This document shows, piece by piece, positions 1 through 9,594 of a stretch of 18,560 nucleotides of DNA (positions are counted from its first letter, which is position 1; each line of letters starts with the position of its first letter). Under the pieces are notes generated by a model, which was given only the letters and a program-made list of their open reading frames with translations, searched no databases and had not been told where the DNA came from. The translations under genes and the position numbers were made by a program. The stretch comes from Tubiluchus corallicola. Taxonomy: Eukaryota; Animalia; Priapulida. The stretch covers positions 1 through 18,560 of the forward strand of contig JAQGDQ010001988.1 in the NCBI GenBank assembly GCA_030141605.1, read 5' to 3'.

Positions 1-495
1 TTACATTTGTTGTTACACATTGTTAGCATTGTTTGTTACACTTGTTGTTACACATTGTAGCATAGTTTGTTACACTTGTTGTTACACATTGTTAGCATTG
101 TTTGTTACATTTGTTGTTACACATTGTTAGCATTGTTTGTTACACTTGTTGTTACACATTGTAGCATAGTTTGTTACACTTGTTGTTACACATTGTTAGC
201 ATTGTTTGTTACATTTGTTGTTACACATTGTTAGCATTGTTTGTTACACTTGTTGTTACACATTGTAGCATAGTTTGTTACACTTGTTGTTACACATTGT
301 TAGCATTGTTTGTTACATTTGTTGTTACACATTGTTAGCATTGTTTGTTACACTTGTTGTTACACATTGTAGCATAGTTTGTTACAGTTGTTGTTACACA
401 TGGTTAGCATTGTTTGCTACACTTGTTGTTACACATTGTAGCATAGTTTGTTACAGTTGTTGTTACACACTATTAGCATTGTTTGTTACACCTTT
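1..495. repeat. Minisatellite, 34-35-bp monomers arranged as a 104-bp higher-order repeat (35+34+35); runs off the window start
   Basis: Monomer ~TTACACTTGTTG-TTACACATTG-TTAGCATTGTTTG; the TTACATTTG variant recurs at 1, 105, 209 and 313 (period 104). Confidence 0.95.
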
Positions 496-1404
496 TGTTA
501 TCCCTTCTAAGATGGCGCATTTCTTTAATTCCCATCTATGATTCGGGATTAACGTTTATCCCAATTCCAAAATTCTGGGACTGAACCTCCGCATCTGCTA
601 ACCCATACAGTTCTTGCAGCATCCTCCACAGTTAACATACTCAGTCATTTATATACAGTCGTTGCTTGCTAGATCATTGCATTTTACCACCAAAGGCATC
701 TCACTGCATTTTAGACATCAACCCACACCACTCCCTCCCCCCTTTCTCTATTATTTATCACTATGGAATAAATTGTATTTTTTCTTAATCCCAGTTTAGT
801 CTGACTGAGCACTTGGTGTTGGAAATATCCTGACTTTGGAAACCGAAAACTATTTCGATGCTTCAGTACGTCAATAGAAATTAACCCTAATCTTATAATT
901 ACATAAAAGTAACCTACTTCATCGTGATCACGTTTTAATAAATTTTGTGGAAATACGAGTATTGTAGTTCAATTTATAATTTTCAGTAATTCGTCTTACT
1001 GTAACGCGTCTGAGAATAAATGACTGAAATGACATTCTTAAGCGAGCGATTACCTTTTGAACTGTCAGTCATGAAACTGTTTTTAATTGTGGCTTAAGAC
1101 TGCTATACTGTCCCGCCTCTTTCTGTCTTGCTTTAAACGCATTACACGTGATAATAATAACAAGTCGAATCATTGCATTGGTACGAAAAACTACGGATTA
1201 ATATCTGCGATATATGAAAGCAAGGTACTCACCACGAATTTATGATTTCCTTCTAAAGCATTTTCATCGACTGCTAGCACTGTGTTAAGGGGTTCTTCAG
1301 CCTAATAAAACGTAACAGGTAAACGATTGGAAAATTGCTTTTTTATAAAACAATTTATAGTAGTCAAACCACGCAAAAGAATCCTGCGTATTAACTCACA
1401 ACAA

Positions 1405-1550
1405 CAAACCACACCACACCACATAAAAGCACATCACATCCACCTCGCCACCACACACCACACTACGCCACACTATATCACACTACACCAAACCATGCCA
1501 CACCCACTATACCAGGTCACGCCTACCATACCACCCAACAGTCACCACCT
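1405..1550. repeat. Degenerate (CACCA/CACTA)n pentanucleotide microsatellite
   Basis: Runs such as accacaccacaccac and cactacgccacactatatcacactacacc. Confidence 0.8.
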
Positions 1551-1580
1551 TATCACAAAAAATATTTCATAACATAAACT

Positions 1581-1815
1581 GCATTGTTACATTGTTTGTT
1601 ATACCTGTTGTTACACTTTGCTAGCATTGTTTGTTACACTTGTTGTTATACATTGTTAGCATAGTTTGTTACACTTGTTGTTACACATTGTTAGCATTGT
1701 TTGTTACACTTGTTGTTACACATTGTTAGCATAGTTTGTTACACTTGTTGTGACGCACTATTAACATTGTTGTAACACTTGTTGTTACACATTGTTAGCA
1801 TTGCTTGTTATACTG
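1581..1815. repeat. Second, more diverged array of the same 35-bp minisatellite
   Basis: About 6.5 copies of ttacacttgttgttacacattgttagcat(t/a)gtttg, same orientation as 1-495. Confidence 0.92.
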
Positions 1816-2430
1816 TCGTAGAAAGCTGGAGACGAGCAAACATTAAGGAGACATCACTACAAACAATAATGTGAACTATACAGGTATTTGAAACATTTTT
1901 GAATCATTTTCAGGATTTGCATTGCTAATTTCAATAAAACATGGCTCGATAATTCCATTTGCATTTCGTAAAATTGATACATTTGCTCAAACAGACCGAG
2001 AGCTATTTAAACTATCGAAAACATATCTATAGTCACTAGCTTTAGTCATTATTATCGTTTGTTTATTGTTTTTGTTTTTTGTTTTGTTTTCGTTTTTTGT
2101 TATATCTAAGCTTATTTCAGATTTGACACTTTTAATTTAAATTTATTAGTTAAATTAATTAATTAAGTTACAGGTATATGCAGTCGGTTGTGCACATGTT
2201 GTCTAATGAAATCCCGGTTGGCCGAGGCGCAAAATTCCTGTGGGCTCAAAATTTAAAAAGAAAAGTACCGTGTAGTAATAATGATACACTTGACAAAACT
2301 ATAAAATTCTGGTCCTATTGCTAATAATTTTAAACAGATGCTTAGTGCGAATTTTTGCCGATAGATGTCACAATTCTCAGCCGCGACTTGCATTTCATAG
2401 CAACTTGATAACAACGCGGCAAATAGTTTA

Positions 2431-2502
2431 CACGTTGCAGCTAACACGCCACAAGATGTTCAATAAATTGTACACAACGCAACTAAGACGCCACAAGATG
2501 TT
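2431..2502. repeat. 42-bp-period direct duplication
   Basis: cacgttgcagctaacacgccacaagatgtt (2431-2460) versus cacaacgcaactaagacgccacaagatgtt (2473-2502). Confidence 0.75.
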
Positions 2503-2551
2503 TTGTAGAAGTAAATTGCCCATAAATACATTTAATAAAACCAGGTTTATT

Positions 2552-2810
2552 GGGGAGAGTTGGGGTAGATCCTTGCTTCTCCAGTCAAGCAAATGTTGCC
2601 TCAGCAAGGGCTTATCCTTTCAACGATCAGCCCTTCACTGTTGTAAGACACAAGGTGCATCGTACAGCCAGCTGTGAACTGGAGAACCACAGAATAGGTA
2701 ATAGAGGGTAAGCTATGATCTACACTGTGATGAACCCAGCTGTAACTGCGCATGCGCCCGTTTGCGAGACGGGAGCGACAGGTTGATCCGATCTCCGAAC
2801 TCGACCTTTT
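2552..2810 (+). ncRNA. Candidate structured Pol III-type ncRNA (possibly 7SK-like); identity unassigned
   Basis: GC-richer island with nested stems, several containing G-U pairs on the + strand; terminal hairpin 2781-2786/2801-2806 followed by TTTT (2807-2810); TATA-like CATAAATA at 2521-2528. Confidence 0.35.
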
Positions 2811-3571
2811 GATTTCTAAAACTTAATAAGTTTTGGCCTAGACAATAGCGCCACTCGACGACAACTAGTTTTGAATGGAAGAAGTTACTAAAGACAGGAG
2901 AAAAACATAGTATCTGATTTCCGAACCCCGAATTTATTTCTTGTATTAATCAATAACTATAGGCATTAACTGGGTATAGTGCCTGTGGAATTTTCACTCA
3001 GCTTTTGTGCGGAAGTAATTCTCAAGATAAAACTGAAATTTAAGCAGCGTAGCTAGTTAATTGATTTTTTTAAATCTGTTGTTTCACAACTTAAAACGTT
3101 GAGTATTTGCCAATAAATAAAATCGCACAAGTTCTTATAAAATTAAGTTAGTAGGTTTCAAGCGGTTACTTTGCAAATTGATTTGATTTGCCAACTTAAC
3201 GATAGCATTCTGCCAGCCAGCAAAAAAAAAGAGAATAAAGTATGCAAACCCCACAATTCTCCACGCAGTCGAAAATATATCACAAAAAAAACTTTCCGTA
3301 CATAGTTATATAACTTAGCATTCGCTTACCTGTTTGAAAAACTCACGTAGTACGAAAAGGGTTCTTAATAATTTAAAAGGTTCGCTTCAATTGGTAAAAC
3401 GGCACTGAATCACCATCCTAATGTGCTTCACTGACCAAAAGCACATTACTGGTCTTACTGACAGGATAATGTAATTTATACTTTTGCTTAGTTAACCAAG
3501 AGTGTGCCCAGAAAAAATTGTCTATATGTTTAATTAGCCATGATATTAATTTTTAAACTATCGATACGTCC

Positions 3572-3642
3572 AACCTAGCCACTGGGGGGGGGGAAGCCAG
3601 CCCAATTCAGTCCCGGTCCCAAGCCCGGATAAATAGAGAGGG
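3572..3642 (+). ncRNA. Twister ribozyme core (3' cleavage product, P3-containing) at the retroelement 5' end
   Basis: AA-CCUA-GCC-[P3 ACUG 3581-3584/CAGU 3608-3611]-CCGG-UCCCAAGC-CCGG-AU-AAA-UAGA-GAGGG matches the twister layout (P2, P4, loop CCC/GGG and GC pseudoknots), as in the rice twister CCGGUCCCAAGCCCGGAUAAAAGUGGAGGG. Confidence 0.85.
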
Positions 3643-4057
3643 TTAGGGTCAGGAAGGGCATCCGCCTGTAAAAACTGCGCCAAAACCTTCTATGAATGAG
3701 TCGGTGAGACTTAAAGGTAAAGTTCACAAAGAAGTGGTCAGACCCGCTCTAATCTATGGGCTGGAAGCAGCTTCTCTAAAGAAGACCGAAGAGAAGAAAA
3801 TGGATGTGGTGGAGATGAGGATGTTGAGATGGATGGTGGGAATAACAAGAAGAGATAAAATTAGAAATTAATGTCAAAGGAACAGTAAAAGTAGTGGACG
3901 CCTCTCAAGATTGAGATGGTATGGACACCTGAAAAGAAGAGTCGGTGAAGATCACGTGGGAAGGGAAGACATAAATGAAGAGATGGTCTACAACAGGAAT
4001 GCGTAGAGAAGACTCATTCACAACGGCGACACCGAATAGGGAAAAGCTGGGAAGAAG
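3572..4057 (+). mobile_element. Non-autonomous bipartite (internally deleted) RTE-clade non-LTR retroelement
   Basis: Perfect 17-bp TSD AAACTATCGATACGTCC at 3555-3571 and 4058-4074. 3692-3871 encodes [59 protein letters not shown], followed out of frame by RLRWYGHLKRR, the typical RTE ORF C-terminus. Short (GAA)n 3' tail. Confidence 0.93.
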
Positions 4058-4080
4058 AAACTATCGATACGTCCGCATGC
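4018..4080 (-). pseudogene. Probable GRL exon 2 start, disrupted by the RTE insertion; TM7 not found
   Basis: Acceptor ttttcttttctaccaacag|GCA at 4081/4080 gives a 99-nt intron and NEK|A; the reading frame enters the TSD and the antisense element and stops at 4018 (ACGRIDSFFFPAFPYSVSPL*). Confidence 0.55.
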
Positions 4081-4179
4081 CTGTTGGTAGAAAAGAAAAA
4101 TGGACGAACTATCCGGTTTGTAGAATTTACTAACTGAAATGATTGACTTCGATGTTAACAACCACTGTAACTCGCTCAC

Positions 4180-5151
4180 CTTTTCATTAACGAGTCCACA
4201 AAAGAAACTGAAGCAAAACAGCGATGTCGCGTGTCCGAACAGAATGTTAAACGTTGCTGTCAAAAAGAATGGCCCGTGATGATAAAAACTGGCGTTTGAT
4301 AAGATAAATCCATTTATTAATATTATAGCCACGGAAACAATACACTGGACTGCCGAGACAGGTGCAAAGACGTCATCCGTAATCGTTGTTAGTTGACATA
4401 ATTGTTTGTGCTTCTGCCAATGTTTTGATATGTTTTGCAGGAAATTGGCATCAGATTTCATAGCTTTAGCAAGACTAGAAAATTCCTTCTGCAGCATCAC
4501 AATTAAAACAGACATGAAACAAGGCATTCCCCACGCGTTGATGTACTCGAAGAAAGAAGCCAGAAATATACAAACGTGCCAGCCAGTGAAACCCATGTTA
4601 TCAGATACCAGTGACATCATGAAAACAGCACAAAAATACGATGTTATGAACACCAAGATGGTTAACGTAATGCTGATGAATTTACAATATTTGGAGAGCA
4701 TTTTTAACTTAAATTTGGAATCCTCTTTCTCCTGTAGGATGTAAGTTTCCCAATCAACCAACAACTGCTGTAATTCATCGTGCTTCATCAAAGTTGTGAT
4801 TAAATTAACTGTTGCTTGACCAACAACCAGAAGCGATGATAACTCCATGATAATAGTGGCCAGCAATTTCTTTACCATCAAATATATTAGAATTGCAACT
4901 GAGCCTGTGAACACCAGGAATTCAATGATTGCTAATGTTCTTGAATAAGCCAGAAGACATTTGTTGATTTTTTCAAAATGTCCGCGTGTCGAGAATGGCC
5001 ATGCTCCAAAGATTTTCATGAGTAGCATGATCGGTCGGATGGACGTCCAAAAGCTCAAATTATCCTTTTCCTCTGGAACATTGCAGACTGTCTGAAGCGT
5101 TTTAGTCTCACTCATTACCTCTTTTACTTCTGCAGGTTTCACAGTTGTCAT
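4180..5151 (-). CDS. Gustatory receptor-like (GRL / 7TM ion channel, 7tm_7-type) protein, main exon (324 codons, approximately TM1-TM6)
   Basis: IRPIMLLMKIFGAWPF N-terminal GR motif (GxxP), multiple hydrophobic helices, HKQLCQL..TDDVFAP motif before TM5; ends at phase-0 donor AAG|GTGAGC (4180/4179). Confidence 0.85.
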
Positions 5152-5670
5152 TTTGTCACGTTGCCAAACCGCGTGGTAAAAAATTTGATGCTTAGAAAGT
5201 GAATCTGGATGGTAATTGATTCGTTTTCTTCATCAAAACATTTAACGAAAATGTATCAGCCGGAAAATCAAGCCTGCAATAACTTATCTGACAGATCTAT
5301 CATTTTGAGCCCTAATTTGATACCAGTGATGTTGCTGGTGTTACCGACATGGCTGCTATATTTGTGTAGTACTCATCATATAATGTTGTCACAGTTTGCA
5401 TAATAATTGACTTTTGATAAAATTTATAAATGATGTAATAAGTATGCACATTATAATCCCGAAAGGACTATTTCCTTTTCCTTTTCGAAATTGGATAACA
5501 ATGGGCATACATTTTCACTAGAAGCAGCAAATGCAATTTTTTTGATTGCAGTTTATGTTATTAAGTAATTGTATACACTGACTGTGCAAATATGAAAGCA
5601 TTACCTGCCATAATAAATAAAAACCAACTCTGTCGTCTGCCGTTTTGGATCTTGCAAGCGAAATCTTTGG

Positions 5671-6590
<920 letters not shown>

Positions 6591-7258
6591 CATCTAACGG
6601 ATATGGTAGTCCATAATTACATGAGAAAGGCATATTATACTACCTTTATTAAAATATCAAATAAACAAGACAAAGTACATTTCCGATTGACACGTTGAAC
6701 ACGAATAACCAAATAACTATAGGTAAATGGCACACACTGATAATCAAGTTCATGTCTTATAACCTTTTGCAAAAAGATTTAATAGTGGCGGCGGACGTAA
6801 GATAGGGAGCTATACCAAAATCATTTTCATGCGTACCGTGATCTTCATGCCATCGTTTATGATTTTTTTAGTATGAAAAATCAATATAACTTCAATAATT
6901 TAGGAAAACAGTGAGCACGGTTAAATATTTCAAAACGGTCTGGGTTTGTTACATATTGGGTTCCACTGAAGGAACTTTTGCGCGCCTTGCAGACATTGCG
7001 CAGAAAGAAGTTTGCAACGCGCAGTTATAGTGAAAAGTATCCTCCACCTCTAGTGTAATATCGTTTTGTTAAGTTGTACTGAAATTACCGATTACAAACC
7101 CACTACCATGTCGTTTTTCATAACCCCCGTAGAAGTTTAAAACGTGTTGAGTACTTGTTTTTTGTTCGATCGCGTTATATTATCATCATTTGTGCGATTC
7201 TAAGTTCTTTTTGACCGCCTTATCATTATTTGTGAGTGTGTGTACCCAAATTACCAAC

Positions 7259-7799
7259 ATGGTTGATTGTCCGACTGATGCTATTTTATTTATATGTAAG
7301 AATATAATATCCATAGCTGATGAAGTGAGAAGCCAACCTTCTCGTTGTAAGAGACTTCAAGACAACGTCAGAGCGGTACAACAGCCAGTTCAACGTCTAG
7401 ACAGCATCATTGAAAGGCAACCAGAAGTGGAAGAACTCTGCAGCATAGCCCTGGAACAACTTCTCGTCAGCCTCCAGGAAGCAGAAAGGTTATTTGACAA
7501 GGTGGGCAAAGCAAAATGGTTGTCACGAATCAGAAATTGGAAACGATACAGGGCGAAGTTTTTCAAGATCAACCAAGAGTTGACACAAAAGCAGCAGAAC
7601 TTGGCATTTGCATTGAGTATAACAAATCTAGAGCAACTTGTACCACAGAGGGAAGAACAAGCAGAAGATGGAGAAGAGGCAGCTGATGAAACAGTCATTG
7701 ACGAGCCTATCAAAGAAAAATCTCAAACAGTGAGGGAGGAATTGGAGAAAGATCCTGATATTCAAAAGCTAGAGAAATATTTTACCTACTGGCATGATA
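7259..7799 (+). CDS. MLKL N-terminal four-helix-bundle (HeLo-like) domain protein, exon 1 (reads to stop 7804 if unspliced, 181 aa)
   Basis: ATG in caacATGG context; ILFICKNIISIADEVRSQPSRCKRLQDNV...LEQLLVSLQEAERLFDK...KWLSR...KFFKINQEL...LAFAL follows the MLKL 4HB plus brace pattern; phase-1 donor A|GTTAGT at 7799/7800. Confidence 0.8.
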
Positions 7800-7821
7800 G
7801 TTAGTATTCTTATTGTCATGG

Positions 7822-7827
7822 AATAAA
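7822..7827 (+). promoter_or_regulatory. Intronic polyadenylation signal AATAAA
   Basis: AATAAA begins 18 nt after the read-through stop TAG (7802-7804). Confidence 0.4.
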
Positions 7828-8374
7828 TAGATATAATTGGTGATACAACCATGCAAAGCATTTTCTCGAATGGCATTGCATGTGAAATGATTAAGAATAA
7901 CCCCAAATTTTGATCTTAAATCTGTCGTGGCGATTAGTTCCTTGCAAGTTAGTAAATCCCAGACAAGTAACTTACTGTGTTAATGTGGTAATTTGTATTA
8001 TAACATTATGACATAATTATAGCGAGCTTCAGCCTGAATCACATTCGCTCTTCTTGGTCAAGTTGGATTCTAGAAATATGAGATGCGCCTTATAACATTT
8101 CTACTCTGGTCTGTTAGATGTTGGCTTGCATCAACTCAAAAGTTTGCCCTTTTCTTTCAAAATATAATATTTTCAGTCTTCAACAGTTATTCGTCGTAGC
8201 ACTAAAAAAAATTCTGTTCAGTATGCATCCACAGCGCGTCTAGTTAAACTTTTTTGCTTACTGCAATCTGGTGCCATTTTGGTTTGTAAACAGCTTATGG
8301 CCATGATATGTGAATAAGGAAAATGACTGAAATCCGAAATGTCGTAAAAATAATTATAATGCTTCCTGTTGCAG

Positions 8375-9594
8375 AGTTACCATCCGTAGCTGCCAGGCAA
8401 CTAGAAGAGGCAAGAGATATGGTTCACAAGTGGATGGGCGAAGACACAATAAGCGTGGATTCCTTGTCTCTTAGTGTGCAAGACGACGAAGTGGAAGAAG
8501 ATGAAGAAGAAGTAGATGAGGAAGATTTAGATGATGCTATAATTGAGGACTCCGTCACAAATGAGGATGAAGTCGATGAAGAAGAGAATGGAGAGAAAAC
8601 TTCTGACACTGAGATGCTTGAGGAGGATGAAATTTCTTCGTCGAAGAAGAAGAAAAAGAAGAAAAACAAAATACCAAAACAGTCATTCTTTGACAAAATT
8701 GCTGATATGCTAAGAGGCATAAAGTCTGTTTTTGAAAGTGCTGAGGTGGAAGGCGAAGAAGAACAATTAGCTGAAATAATAGAAGATTTACAAGAAGATC
8801 CAGATGATGAATCTGACGATCTCATTTCTAGAAGCATAGATTTAAACGCTGTAGGCGACGAAGGTGAACAAGACAAAGAAATCGAAGAAATAGAGAATAC
8901 AGAAAAGGAAGAAAATGAAGCTGGCGTGGAGCAGACAAGTGACACGGAGATTCAAGAAGAATCTGAGGAACATTTGAAGGATGAAAATGAGAGTGATAAA
9001 GAGACAGGTACAGACGAGGAAAGAAGTAATCAACTGATAGATGAAAAAGAAGAATCAGATGATGAGGAAATAGAAGCGAATAACGAAGAAATACATACAC
9101 AAGAAGACTCGGAACAGGAAAAAGAGGACGACGAATATGATGTAAAAGAGTCAGACGAGACAGGGAATCAAGATGAAATTGAAGTATGTGAAGTGGAAAA
9201 AATGATGAATACAGATGAAGACGAGGTACAAGGAGAAGAACAAAGTGAAGACATAGAAGAAAATAACGAAGAAGAACGCGACAATGAAGAACCAGAAAGT
9301 GACAAAGAGAAACTGGAAGAAAATCAAAGCGCAGATGAAGCTGAAGAGGGAGTAGAAGATGAGGTACAAGCAGAAGAACAAAGTGAAGACATAGAAGAAA
9401 ATAATGAAGAAGAACGCGACAATGAAGAACCAGAAAGTGACAAAGAGAAAGTGGAAGAAAGTGAAAGCGCAGTTGAGGCTGAAGAGGAACCAGAAGACAA
9501 AGAAATAGTTGAATGGAATGATGAAACTGTTAATGACGTGGAAGAAGATAATAAAGACGAACTGTCAGAGGTCAGCAACAGCACAAAGCTTTAA
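8375..9594 (+). CDS. Exon 2 of the MLKL-like gene: D/E-rich disordered tail with a K7 basic patch (spliced product 586 aa)
   Basis: Acceptor cttcctgttgcag| at 8374/8375 is phase 1 and joins as ...YWHD-K-LPSVAARQL...; 541+1220 nt = 587 codons; ATTAAA at 9721-9726. Confidence 0.72.
9217..9492 (+). repeat. In-frame 138-bp (46-aa) tandem duplication in the acidic tail
   Basis: EDEVQ(G/A)EEQSEDIEENNEEERDNEEPESDKEK(L/V)EE starts at both 9217 and 9355. Confidence 0.93.

Noticed and set aside
275-541. 88-aa Cys-rich hydrophobic ORF
   Set aside because: Translation of the 35-bp satellite, non-ATG start.
1255-1305. Hammerhead-like CTGAAGA...GAAA on the minus strand
   Set aside because: No stem II or flanking stems can be formed.
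2747-2757. NRF1-type motif TGCGCATGCGC as a promoter
   Set aside because: No associated gene start; lies inside the structured island, so not called separately.
3330-3420. Minus-strand segment ending in CAG|GTAAGC as a GRL exon
   Set aside because: Stops in the required phase and no GR-like sequence.
8323-8374. Independent ATG start for the acidic ORF
   Set aside because: These codons overlap an AT-rich/pyrimidine acceptor region; splicing from the MLKL-like exon explains the frame better, although an independent start is not excluded.
8424-9584. Antisense Ser/Phe-rich ORFs
   Set aside because: Shadow frames of the GAA/GAT-rich sense exon.
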